Origin: Octopus bimaculoides | Lineage: Eukaryota | NCBI RefSeq assembly: GCF_001194135.2 | Contig: NC_068985.1 | Coordinates: 30,763,601-30,827,600 of the forward strand | Direction of reading: 5' to 3' | DNA: 64,000 nucleotides | In this document: positions 51,463-64,000 of the stretch, piece after piece | Layout of the letters: each line of letters begins with the position of its first letter | Position numbering within the stretch: position 1 is the first letter of the stretch | Position numbers and translations under genes: made by a program | The notes under the pieces: generated by a model | Told to the model about the DNA's origin: nothing | The model's database searches: none | The model's input: only the letters and a program-made list of their open reading frames with translations

Positions 51463-52149
51463 CCAAGAAGTTTCAAAATCTGAGTCAAATAGCAGCAATA
51501 ATTTCTTCTAAAATAGAGAGAAAAAGAAGCATTTTATTAACATACAACTGAAGGCTCTCTTAATATATAAAAAGAAAACCATTTTCTAAAGATTTTTTTG
51601 AGAAAGTAATGGTCTGTTTTGTTTAATCAAGCTCAAATGCGGCTAAATTTGAGTACTATTCATATATCTGAGGCAATACTACTGCACCATATACAAGCAG
51701 TTTGTACAGCACCACCACCACTAACTCCACCAAAACAAAAACAAAAATTATCTGGCTGAATAATAGGGATTTGTTCACCAACACACTACAACCCCTAGCA
51801 CACAATTATGCAATTTTTAGTAAATGAGAGAGCTTCAATACTGTCACTCAAACTGTAAGAAATAGCAGCTAAATAGCCCTCAAATCATACCTTACCATCT
51901 TTTAAAAAAAAAAGGACCCATTAGATAATGTAGTCTAAAATTAGATAAACTATGGTTGAAACAAAGACATAATAATTGTGACAGATATGTATCTGATGAA
52001 AGAAACTTCTAAATCAGCTTGAACCTGAAGTTATACACAATCATGTTGTTTCTTTTTTATGTCTCCTCTACTACTACAACAATTTATTTATTTTTTACTC
52101 CTCTTAGCAAGAAAGTCACATCTCATTCCTGCCCAACATCACCTAATTA

Positions 52150-52800
52150 ATACATAGTTTTCATCTCATCTCAAACCTTGAAACTAACAGTTTCCCCAAT
52201 CTTTCTTCTCAAAACCAGAGCTCTTTGACATTCTCCTTCCACCCACATATTTTCCCCATAGACATCAACTTCTTCAATCTGGGGGTGGTCTGCAGCCCTC
52301 ATGTTCATGGGTAGAGCCCTTCAATATTCCTCAGGGCTAGTCTCTAATCTAGTCATAAGAAACATACCACAGTTTACACCATCTCTAAAATGGGTAGCCT
52401 CTCTGACCCTACCGACTATCAAATCTGTCACCCTCACTTCCAACGATCACAAATACCTTCAATACCATAAGTTTCATGTCTTCTTCAATGAGCACCAACA
52501 TGGCTTCCATAAACCCAGATCTACATGGAACTCACATTTACATGTCTCTAACTCTTGAGAAACTTAGCAAAAGCAATATCAGCACTTGAAATCAGTAAAG
52601 CATTTGTGTTTAGCATGAAAATCTCAGAGCTAAATTAACTGCCTATAGTTTTAACTGTTACCCATCTCTTGAGTTGAAAGCTACCAGTTATATCAAATCC
52701 CGTTGCAGCATGCACTGATGGAGTTCTTTCAAACCAAAACTCTATAAACTTGGGCTTGCTCCAAGGTTAGATTATGCTGCGTGTACACTTCTTGTATATT
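52150..52800 (+). mobile_element. CR1/L2/Jockey-like reverse transcriptase remnant
   Basis: NEHQHGFHKPRST and ALEISKAF resemble the QYGFRxxRST and LDISKAFD RT motifs. Confidence 0.6.
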
Positions 52801-54206
52801 AAATCTAAAACTATAAACTTGGGTCATTTCCACTGTGGAAGAAAGGATGCGATTCTACTTGTCGAACAATGGTTTTGCATTTTGGCACAAGGCCAGCAAA
52901 TGGGTTAGTTAATTACATTGNNNNNNNNNNNNNNNCAAATCCCGTTGCAGCATGCACTGATGGAGTTCTTTCAAACCAAAACTCTATAAACTTGGGCTTG
53001 CTCCAAGGTTAGATTATGCTGCGTGTACACTTCTTGTATATTAAATCTAAAACTATAAACTTGGGTCATTTCCACTGTGGAAGAAAGGATGCGATTCTAC
53101 TTGTCGAACAATGGTTTTGCATTTTGGCACAAGGCCAGCAAATGGGTTAGTTAATTACATTGACCCTATTCTCAACTGGAACTTATTTTATCAATCATGA
53201 AAGGATGAAAGGTAAGGTTGATTTCAGCAGTATTTGAAGTTAGTATGTAAGTAACCAGAAGAAATGCCACTAAGTATTTTTTCTCATGCTCTAAAAAATA
53301 TGCCAGCTTGCTGCCATCTACTAATTGAATAATAAGCAATAGATAGTGTATCATCTCTTTGTCTTCATTTATTTTTATCTTAAAGACCCTGATTAGTAGA
53401 AGGAGGATATAAGAGACTGAATCAACTTCAGCATATTACTGATACTCAATCCCAGAAAATTTGAACTGAGATTTTTTTTCACTTTTTCTTTTTTTAAAAG
53501 ATGAAACTAAATACTGGAATGCATTTTAGTCTGACACTCTACTGTTTCTGTTATCCATCACTGCTGCAATAATTCTTGTTGATTTTATAGATCATATCAA
53601 AAATCAATATCTTTTGATTTGAAAGTCTAGAAATGCTTACTAAAATAAAGAATTTCAACTTAATTTTACATTTCAAAACAGTTATATAGTTTAATTCAAA
53701 TTATTGGAACCATTGTGAATATCACTATTCTGTATGTAAAATTGTCAGTCGTTTTCTTTTTTTATTTCCTATTTTGGAAGGAGAAATCGAAAAGACCTAG
53801 ATTTTCATAAATACGATAAAGAATTTTTAAAAAATTTAAACAGGTTAACAATGATTACCAGCATTCTTCAAAAATTACCCACGTCTAGAACCGGACTGAG
53901 AAATCTAACAGATAAAGAATGCCTTGGACTTTATTACCAAACAACTCATGCATTTAAACAACAAAATTTGCAACAACATTTCAGAGTAACCTGCAATTCG
54001 CATACGAACGTTAGCAATGATATTAAAATAGTAAGAAGATATATTTTAAAATGAATTATCTCCAATTCGAAAGAATGTCAAATCTGTTTCCACATATCAA
54101 TCACACACAACTGTTTTTATTTGTAAACTAAAGTTATATGTGAAATTGTTACGATACTTATCATTATTATTATTGGCTGAAAGCTCACACACCTCCTGTT
54201 TCACAC

Positions 54207-54237
<31 letters not shown>

Positions 54238-55192
54238 GCTTCTTTCCGTCTCTTTTTAACCATTCTTTTTTCTTTCTTTCTTTCTGCTCTTTTTCTCATT
54301 ATTCGTTCTTCGAATTCTCCATCAGACTGCCAAACTGTAAATATTCCATCTATACTTCAACACGGATATTTCTGATAAACGTAATGCGTAGATTTGCTTT
54401 CATGTCTCTCTTCTCAAGTGTCCACGTGACAAGTGTTTCACATTTTCCAGCAGAATTTCTTTCTGCAGATCCGAACTTAATATTATGTGTACAGACAGTC
54501 TACCAACTTCCATACACACATACCTTCCTCTAACAGCAGACAGTCTACCAGCTTCCATGCACGTATACGTATTCTCTTACATCATCTTGTCTACATTCTC
54601 CTTAATATAAATCTTATTTTTACATCTAAGTTATAATGGGGAATACATTGCATAATTTCTGAGTAATTTTACAGACACCTAAGTTTTCTAATTCTTGAAG
54701 ATCATGGCCTCATTTCCTGCATAGATAGATAGATAGATAGAGGGGGTGTTATTTATAACATTAACTCCAAGCTGAATGAAGAACTCAACGCATTAAAGGC
54801 GGGGAATTTACATATATATATATAAATTGATTGCAACCAACGATTATTTTTAATGTGTGTGTATGTGTGTAATAATTATTATGAATATTTATATTGTTTA
54901 TAACGATTTTATGTACATTGTCATAACAGTAATGAATGTCTAAATAACAAATAGCATGTGTTTAGTATATAAGAATTTTACAAGATTAATCTCTTCGTTA
55001 GCACATTAACTGCTGTTGAGAAAAATTCGGCACCACTTGTACGATATAATGAGAACAATTTCATACAAAAACGAAAGAACTGATTGAAATGAAACGATCC
55101 ACTACGATTTTAAAATCGAATCAATTACAGCGTTTGAGAATATGCAATAAAATGTTAAATACTGATGAAAACAATTTACAATAAATTATTAC

Positions 55193-55300
55193 CTTGAATC
55201 AGCAGCTTAGAGGAAAATGTAGACAGTTTACAAGTACAACCTTTTTTTTTTCTATCTTCAGTTTTCTTTTTGTAGTGACGGTTTAGTCAAGGAAGATCGT
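55193..55300 (-). other. PPM1K: Probable non-coding first exon (5' UTR) of PPM1K; 5' boundary approximate
   Basis: Minus-strand donor CAAG|GTAATA at 55193/55192, lying in a CpG-rich region. No ATG is present, and splicing to exon 2 places an in-frame TGA upstream of ATG 51462. Confidence 0.55.
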
Positions 55301-55520
55301 GACGTGGTGCACAGATTAAATTAGTTCTCCTGTTTGGAACCAACGGATTAATTTCTTAGAGACACAAAAATACCAAACAACACTATGAGAATTCCAGTAA
55401 ACAACTGATTAGATTTATGAAACGTCACTTAGTGAGAAACCTTCCGTGGTAGTTTTCTCCTGTAAGGGAGGTTACTCATTCCCTCTAACTAACACTTTAC
55501 TATTGACGTCGTGTCAAGGA
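55200..55520 (-). promoter_or_regulatory. Probable PPM1K promoter / TSS region with bZIP-type ACGT motifs
   Basis: Unique CpG-retaining sequence next to the putative first exon. Motifs: TGACGTGG 55290-55297, ACGTCA 55422-55427, TGACGTC 55504-55510. Confidence 0.5.
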
Positions 55521-55641
55521 CACACTACACCAGCTCTTCTGGAAGAGATAAATACCAGCCTGTCGTCAACAAATCTTTTATCTTTTGTCTTTTATTATTG
55601 TTCCCTCTGTGTTCGGCCCTGCGCGGCTTAATAAAGAAATC

Positions 55642-56462
55642 TATCTTTTATCTTTTACTTGTTTCGTCATTAGACTGCAGCCATGCTGTAGCACCACTTT
55701 GAAGAATTTTTGGTCGAACGAACTGACTACAGAACTTTTTTGTTTAAGCTTGGTGCTTATTTCTATCGGTCCCTTTTTACCGAAACGCAAACTTACGGGG
55801 ACGTAAAACGACGGTTGTCAAACGATGGTGAGACACACACACACACACACATACGACGGGCTTCTTTCAGTTTCCGTCTACCAAATCCATTCACAAGACT
55901 TTTGGTCGGCCCGAAGCTATATTAAAAGACACTTACCCAAGGTGTCACGCAGTGGGGCTGAACCCGAAACTATGTGGTTGAGAAGCCAGCTTCCACACAG
56001 CCACACCTACGCCTATTATCTTTTCTTTCATCTTTTACTTGGTTCAGTCATTAGACTAGGACCATGCTCAAGCACCGCCTTGAACGAATTTTGTCGAACA
56101 AATCGACCCCAGTACTTACTTTTTAATAAGACTGGTACTTATTCTATCGATCTCCTTGTTGAACTGTTACGTTACGATGACAAACATACTAACACCGGTT
56201 GTCAAGCGGTGCGGTGGGGGGGGGGACAAATACAGACTCAGACACACACGCACACACACACACATACACACATAGATATATATATGTATACATATATACG
56301 ATGGGCTTCTTTCAGTTTCTGTCAACCAAATCTGCTCACAAAGCTTTGGTCAGACCAAAGCTATAGTCGAAAACACTTTGCCCAAGGTGTCATACAGTGG
56401 GACTGAATCTGGAACCATGTGGTTTGGAAGTAAGCTTCACACTACACAGCCACGCCTGCACC
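55642..56462 (-). mobile_element. Two tandem SINE family B copies upstream of PPM1K
   Basis: 55642-56014 and about 56020-56462 each have tail, microsatellite and head in reverse orientation. Confidence 0.8.
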
Positions 56463-59400
56463 TATTAAGGATTTTTTTTTTTTTTTGGCATCTTCTTTAT
56501 TCATGAGAAGACAAAACAGAATTTGCATCCATATAATTCTTTCTTTTCCTTGGTTTTGGACAATTTTGAAAAAGCTGAAAGTCATCTAATTTCCAACATT
56601 ACAGTTCACTCTCTTTTCAATCCTCATAAGCACTGTATCAAAAAGTATAGTTCCAGGTATTTTTTAAATTCTGAATGGTCACAGTTGGATTATCTTGGGA
56701 TTAACAAGGATACATTAAGACAACCAACAAATATAATCATCTTGAAGAATATCTAGGACTTAAGTTCATTTTTGCTTTGTCTTTTTGGCAAGATGACAAA
56801 AGACCAAGATATCTGGTGCCTTACTGTACTCAAGAAGACCCATCCTCCACAACAGAAGAGCTAAGGCCACATCCCTTGGTGAAGAAGATTGACCTGTGAA
56901 AGTCCTATGCCAGTGCTATGTAAAAGCACTCATGCTGGTGCCACGTTAAAAGCATCCAGTACACACTGTAAAGTGGTTGGAGCCAGGAAGGGCATCCAGC
57001 TGTAGAAACCAAGCCAAATTAGACTGGAACCTGGTGCAGTTCTCCAGCTTTCAAGCTCAAGTCAAATCGTCCAACCCATGCCAGCATGGAAAGAGAGCAT
57101 ACATAATATGGTGATGGAAAACGTCTGGTTTAGCAGTTTTAGCTATATTCTTAAATTTACAGTAAAAAAAGACAAGATTTTGTGATTGTTATATATTTTC
57201 TTAAGGATGTGTAATCAAAAATACTTCCAGTCTATATGTTTTTCTTTTGTTTTTTAGGGAAGAGGTCAGTTTGGGGAAATCTATTGGAATGCATATTTAA
57301 TGGCCCCAAAACTCCAGTTTATAAAATAAACTTTGAAAAATCTAATAAAAGCAGAGTTGACAAAATAAAATAGAATGTACACTATTTAATGTTATATCAC
57401 ATCAAGGTAAATTGTTTTACTTAACCCTGAGTTGATTGTTGCTTCAAATCTACAAGAAATAAACATAATCATAATTAGATAATTAGAAAGTCATTAATAG
57501 ATTCAACAGCTTGTCTCTTCTGCTGATTTTTAAACCATGGTTTTAATTACAAACCTGTCCACTTAAGAAGATTACATTTATCAGAAAATGATGTTTGAAA
57601 ATTCATTTCTAATCTTGTTCAGCTTTGTTGCATTTCCACAGTTATCATAGGCAATGCTAAGGTCTCTCTCTGTTACACAAAAGTCTTTTACTACTGATTT
57701 CTTTTGACTGACCTCAAGGCCAAAGTTTTTCAGGAAGTGAATGCAACTAAACTGGTTCCAGTATATTTTACTCAATCATTCTTCAAGTAGTGAAAGATAG
57801 AATCATAGTAGACAAGAATTAGACACAAAACCAGGAAGTAATAAACTAATAATATTAAAGCAATATTCATTCTGTAATTTTACAAACATTGTCATCAAGT
57901 GATGCAGTAATAGAATCAGTAGAGCACTGGAATACCTTGTGGTATTTGATGACATCCTTTACATACTGAGTTCAAATCTTACCAAGCTCAACTTTGCTTT
58001 TCATTCTTATGAAGTACCTTGATATTGACCCCAGTTCAAAACGTGCATGTGTGTTTGTGAGTAGCCATGTCTTGATATCCTCTGGTGGTTGTAAGTGAGC
58101 ATTACTGTCATGCAAGTTGTTGTTCATTGAAAGTCTCCCATGGAAAGCATGTTTGGCCATGAAAAAAATATGTCGCTTAGAAACAGGTAAAGATTGTTGA
58201 CATGGTCCACATTTTCTCCATTGATTCTTTCATCATCATCATCGTTGTCATCATCATTGTCATCATCAGCACCGTCATCATCATTGTCATCATCATCATT
58301 ATTGTTGTCATCATCATCATCATCATCATCATCATCTTTTAATGTTCATGTTCCCTACTGGCATGTGTTGGATGATTCAACAAGATCCAACTAGCCCAAG
58401 GGTTGTGTTGCTCTCTATTAACTGCTTTGGCAAGGTTTCTATGACTTGATACCCTCCCTAAAACTACCTGGATTATAAAAAGTGACAAAAGTAGTTCCCA
58501 AAAATGTCTTGAAGTCATTACAAATTCTAAATAACTTGCTTTCTATTGATTTTATTTATTTTATCAAAACTGATTAGACCCCCACATGTATCACATCACA
58601 TGAAGTGACTGAATTTTATCTGACCAACTACTTTCAAGCAAATATATTCATGGTCACTGGCAGAGAAACACTACCTTTGTGTTTTGTGTTCTGTGATACA
58701 GTAGTTAATTGTTGTCCTTTTAATTCTTACTAGCTGGACCCATGAAAACTTCACGAAAAATAAAAAAATGTAAGCATCTGTAAACTGTGACACTATACTG
58801 TGACACTTACAGAATATAGAAAGTGTAAAACCGATAACTATATAATCCAACCAAAATATCTCAGTTACTCAAACATAAACAGAATTACTATTTAGCCTTA
58901 AAATACATCAAACATGTTCAAAGAACCTTCTTGGTTTAATGGTACAGAATGTCCCTCTGGTATTCTTTTATTCTTTAACTTGTTTCAGTCATCTGACTGT
59001 GGCCATGCCAAAGAAATCGACCCCTGGACTTATTCCCTGTAAGCCTGGTGCTTACTCTATCAGTCTCTTCTGCCAAACAGCTAAGTTACAGGGACACAAA
59101 CACACCAACATCGGTTGTGAAGTAGTGGGGGGGGGGGAACAAACAGAGACACAAACACACACATAAATTTATAGATACATATGTATATATATATATATAT
59201 ATATATNNNNNNNNNNNNNNNNNNNNNNNNNNNNNNNNNNNNNNNNNNNNNNNNNNNNNNNNNNNNNNNNNNNNNNNNNNNNNNNNNNNNNNNNNNNNNN
59301 NNNNNNNNNNNNNNNNNNNNNNNNNNNNNNNNNNNNNNNNNNNNNNNNNNNNNNNNNNNNNNNNNNNNNNNNNNNNNNNNNNNNNNNNNNNNNNNNNNNN

Positions 59401-59916
59401 NNNNNNNNNNNNNNNNNNNNNNNNNNNNNNNNNNNNNNNNNNNNNNNNNNNNNNNNNNNNNNNNNNNNNNNNNNNNNNNNNNNNNNNNNNNNNNNNNNNN
59501 NNNNNNNNNNNNNNNNNNNNNNNNNNNNNNNNNNNNNNNNNNNNNNNNNNNNNNNNNNNNNNNNNNNNNNNNNNNNNNNNNNNNNNNNNNNNNNNNNNNN
59601 NNNNNNNNNNNNNNNNNNNNNNNNNNNNNNNNNNNNNNNNNNNNNNNNNNNNNNNNNNNNNNNNNNNNNNNNNNNNNNNNNNNNNNNNNNNNNNNNNNNN
59701 NNNNNNNNNNNNNNNNNNNNNNNNNNNNNNNNTTAACTAAAGACTTGTTTTGTTTACGCTTTTCCCTCCGGTTTTTTGTTCTATGTGTGCCATAAATATC
59801 GCCATCCGTTTTAGAGAAAAATTTGTAGTTTAGAATCAGTAGTTCTTTGACTGCTATTTCTAAATTTTCAGTATGTTGGAGAAGCAACTCAATTGCTAAT
59901 CCCTGTATATTTATGA

Positions 59917-59956
<40 letters not shown>

Positions 59957-60251
59957 TAAAAGAGTTCCAACTCTGTCTGTTTTTTATGTTTTATTTATAT
60001 TCTTATAAAATTAATGTGGGATATAGAATCTGTAATATATAATATAATATAAATAGTGAAATGAAATGAAGTATTGAATATCTTATTGAATATATGAAAT
60101 ATTGAGTATTAGATATATATAGGAGCTAGTATACTTTCCTGCTTCATAGCAGTCATCAAGGTCCCATCTGACAGATGTACATCTGTCAGAAAAGATCAAT
60201 CGTATTTCAGTCTCTATTACCTCACTCCTTTTCTCTACGGTTAAGAGTGTG

Positions 60252-60549
60252 AAGGTATGTGGCTCAGTGGTTAGGGGTATTCAGCCCACAATCATAATGT
60301 CATGAGTACGATTCCCAGCGGTGCGCTGCGTTATTGCTGCAGTCCACTCAGCTGGCAAAAATGAGTTGTAGCTGTAATTCAAAGGGGCCAGCCTTGTTAC
60401 ATTCTGTGTGAGGCTGAATCTCCCTGAGAACTACATTTATGGTATGTGTGTTGGTGGAGTACTCAGTTACTTGCATGTTAATTTTATGAGCAGACTGTTC
60501 CATTGATTAGATAAACAGGAACCTCGTCGTCATAAGTGATGGAGTGCCA
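60252..60549 (+). mobile_element. tRNA-derived SINE, family A (a partial second copy follows at 60880-61028)
   Basis: Collinear with 17377-17698. Confidence 0.8.
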
Positions 60550-63500
60550 TTTTTTAAAAAGAGTGAAAGAAAAGGAAATGTTCCATATCGTAAGGCAAAA
60601 ATGTTATGCGTTTAGTTTAAGCAGTGAAAGCTAAGACAAAATAATTTCTATTCTGTTGTGTAGTGACTTTGCCCTGGACTCACGCTCAGTTTGATAGCAA
60701 CAGCCTGCACATCGGTGTTTATCGGGGGGGGGGGCTTGTTCTCCAGATCTGTGAGACCCACAAATGCCGCTGTTAGGACCAATTAACACCCATAGTGTCC
60801 CTAAAAACTAAAAAAATTTTCCTGTGCCTGTATTGGATCTTTTTTCATTTTCTTCCAAACACTTGAAGGTTTATCTTGCTCCACTCCACTCAGCTGGCCA
60901 AAATGAGTTGTAGCTGTAATTCAAAGGGGCCAGCCTTGTCACATTCTGTGTGAGACTGAATCTCTGTGAGAACTATGTTAATGGTATGCATGTCCAAGGA
61001 GTACTCAGCCACTTACGCGTTAATTTTATCCTTGTGTGGTAATAAAATGTGAAAGTGACATCCAATATTTGCTGTAGTTATTTGTCTTTGATTTACCACT
61101 GTATCTATGTATCTACTTTTCTTTTGATGTATGTATCAGTCTACTCTGGAAATACTGATACACATTTTTCCTCTCTTCCTTTCAGTCACCACTCGCTCCC
61201 TCCCTCTCTCTCTTACTTGTTTTCTTTCACTCTCATTCCTTCTCTGTCTCTCCTCTCTCTTGCTTTATACCTCTCCCTTCAACCTTTATACCTCTTCCTT
61301 TAAACTAAGTGTGACACACACCACAGGTACATACAAACACAAACAAAACTAAGCATATTAATATTATTGATTGTTATTAAATTTGAAAATTATTGTAAAA
61401 TTTAAAATACAAAGCATAGCAACTTTTAAAAGTACACGTATGTTCATAATAACATATATTTTCATACTAATCCATAGTTGAGACAATGATGAGTCTCTAC
61501 ATAGTTGCTTGATCTGCTAGAAATAGCAACAAAATTTCCCTCAAACTAAACTCGACCATCTTTTTTTAATGAAGGTCATTTGATAACATAATCTGGAGCA
61601 CATAATCATTGAAAAGAAGATGGTATGGTCATGATATAATGTCTTTGGTCAGAACCAACTTGGGACTAAACAACAACAATGATGTTGATAACAACAACAA
61701 CAATGATGTTGATAACAACAACAACAATTTACACTGCATATTGCTGGATAAATGCCATTAACATTGTTAATGACATTTCCATATATATAACATTTTTGAA
61801 GAATTTAACCCTGAGGCTAATTCCTTGAAGAGAAGTGTGTGGGTATCCAAGAAATATGTATATGATTATCTCACTATACTGAGTGGATTTGTCTAAGCTA
61901 ATGAAAAATCATAAGATCTGGTAGTAATTATATATTCATGTGTTTTGAGTAATAATAATAGATACAAAGGAGTCTATTTTTCTTCTTAGCTTCTATGTAA
62001 GTTTCTATCTATATATTATTTGAGATAATTAATTCTTAATTAATTGTCTTCTTTTGCATCATTTCAATGATGGTGAAAGCAGATAAATACTCCCTTGAAT
62101 ATTCTCCTCTTTCCAGGGACTACTAAATCTTCTGAGAACCTCCTTTCGATGATAAACATCAATAGTTTCTTTCTCTTTTTTATATTTTTTATTAATAAAA
62201 CTTAGCTTATATTGACCAAACTTTCTTCTTTGCTTTCCCTGCTAAAAATTTTTATCCCTAAAAACCTGTACAATAGTGCAAGCATAATGTTACCTGTATC
62301 AATGCCACTGAGATTAACTTTGTCTCTCATCCTTTCAGGGTGGATAAAATAAAATATCACTTGAGTATTGAGGTCAGTGTAATTGACAAGCTCACTTTTC
62401 CTGAAATTCCTGGCCCTATGGTAAAATTAGAGAAAGTGATATTAGTTGTATCAATCACACTGGTCTATAGAAGGAGCCTTTATGTGGTTGCTTGCCCTCC
62501 TGGAAGTAGTGACCAAACTTACCTTAAATTACACTCTATCATCTTAAGTAAGAAAAGAGCCCACCACACCCACAAAATACAGGATAGTTATGATTGGAAT
62601 GCCTTTGGTTATAGGTCTGCTTCAACAGGAGGGAAAAGGATAAAGGATATGGATCCTTCCTGAGTCTTATAATATCTCAAAGGGCCAGTTTCCTAGCCTT
62701 CATGGTGTATATATTCATCCCAGGATGGGATGCTGACTCATTGCATGATTACTCATTTTTGCCAGCTAAGTAGACTGAAGAAATGTGAAATGAAGTGTTT
62801 TGCTCAAGAATAGAATGCATCACCTGGTCCAAGAATCAGTATCACAATCTTAGGATCATAAGTCCAACACCCTAACCACTAAGCCATGTGCCTACACAAC
62901 GGGGTTAATCTGGAGTTAAACAACAAGAACAACAACAGAGATCTAAAAAGAGCAGTGAAAGTTTCTTCTCTTTATCAACCCCTCCCCCCAAAAAATGCAA
63001 AGCTGCATTACTTTGCAATCTACTGACCAGAATTTAAATATAGTTTGACTGCTATTGGCATCTATGTTTGACAAGTTTACTTTTAGCTACAAACTGATAT
63101 TGTTAATGATTATTTTCAAAGCCCAAGTTTGTTATTAAAAAGATATTAGCATTGCACATTCTAGGTCAAAGCAGTCTGAGCACCGTTTTTACTAACTGTT
63201 TCTTAACACTTTTCAGTCCTCTCTTCCCACCACCACTACCACCTTATTACCACTCACCATCCTGCTTTCCTTATCACAGACGATAAGGAAATTAGTCTTG
63301 AACACAACACAATTTATAGAAGAGCATGAACAGCTTTCTATCTATTTAACATTAAAATTCTTTAAAGGCAATATCAAGGGAAATAAACCTAGCAGGAATA
63401 GTTTTGAAAACAGTAAAGTCTTTTTCAGTCTAAAATTGGGCTGTTATTATCCACTTACTCATCCCCAAAAATTGCTGGCATTCTGGCACTCTTTGAAACT

Positions 63501-63614
63501 TTTTTCATCATTCTCCAGTTCTTTAACTTTATTCAACTTATTTTAATCTCATTATTAAACATCTATTCTTAGCCAACATCCAACCAGTTAAACATCCAAT
63601 ACATATATAATATT

Positions 63615-63847
63615 CCTTTTATTTTTATTTATTTCATTCATTTGACTGCGGCCATGCTGGAGCACCACCTCTAGTCGAAAAAAATCGACTCCAGGTCTTA
63701 TTCTTTGTAAACTTAGTACTTATTCTATCAGTCTCTTTTGCCAAACCGCTATGTTACAGGGACGTAAACACACCAGCATCGGTTGTCAAACGATGGTGGG
63801 TGGACAGATGCACAAACATATACACACACATATATACATACATGCAA

Positions 63848-63884
<37 letters not shown>

Positions 63885-64000
63885 CACGACGGGCCTCTTT
63901 CAGTTTCCGAATCCACTCTACAAAATCCACTCACAAGGCTTTGGTCGGCCCGAGGCTATAGTAGAAGACACTTGCCCAAGGTGCCACACAGTGGGACTGA
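63615..64000 (-). mobile_element. SINE family B copy, running off the window end
   Basis: Same tail/microsatellite/head order; CpGs are largely retained. Confidence 0.8.

Noticed and set aside
52694-53162. 227-bp exact tandem duplication
   Set aside because: Identical copies either side of a 15-N gap; most likely an unmerged contig overlap.
57581-57775. 64-aa minus-strand ORF that looks protein-like
   Set aside because: TTG start with an in-frame stop directly upstream, no compatible splice acceptor and no recognisable motif.
58194-58394. Poly-Ser ORF
   Set aside because: (CAT)n microsatellite at the end of an RTE-type repeat.
61665-61727. Short direct repeats (aacaacaacaatgatgttgat) that might suggest a CRISPR array
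   Set aside because: Simple AAC-based minisatellite with no unique spacers, in eukaryotic DNA.

Overview
AT-rich, microsatellite- and gap-rich animal genomic DNA. The repeat families suggest a coleoid cephalopod, probably Octopus (inference, not verified). It holds two convergent spliced genes. On + are the last three coding exons of a tetraspanin (244-456, 3580-3663, 25341-25403; last intron about 21.7 kb). On - is a complete PPM1K/PP2Cm mitochondrial phosphatase gene (probable 5' UTR exon near 55.2 kb; coding exons 51462-50931, 48976-48663, 32191-31922; 371 aa). The rest is mostly transposon debris: Tc1/mariner elements (Hsmar1-like, maT DD37D, rosa DD41D), MITEs, RTE and CR1/L2 LINE fragments, several tRNA-derived SINE families and Penelope-like pieces. 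The most unusual signal is a set of sequence-unrelated small elements, each with a minimal type I hammerhead ribozyme motif and mostly with an inverted-repeat architecture. The clearest is a 580-bp palindromic element (32339-32918) with an 11-bp target-site duplication. It has two back-to-back tRNA-like Pol III heads, each followed by (AAT)n and a hammerhead. All calls were made by eye and similarities are from memory; no searches were run.
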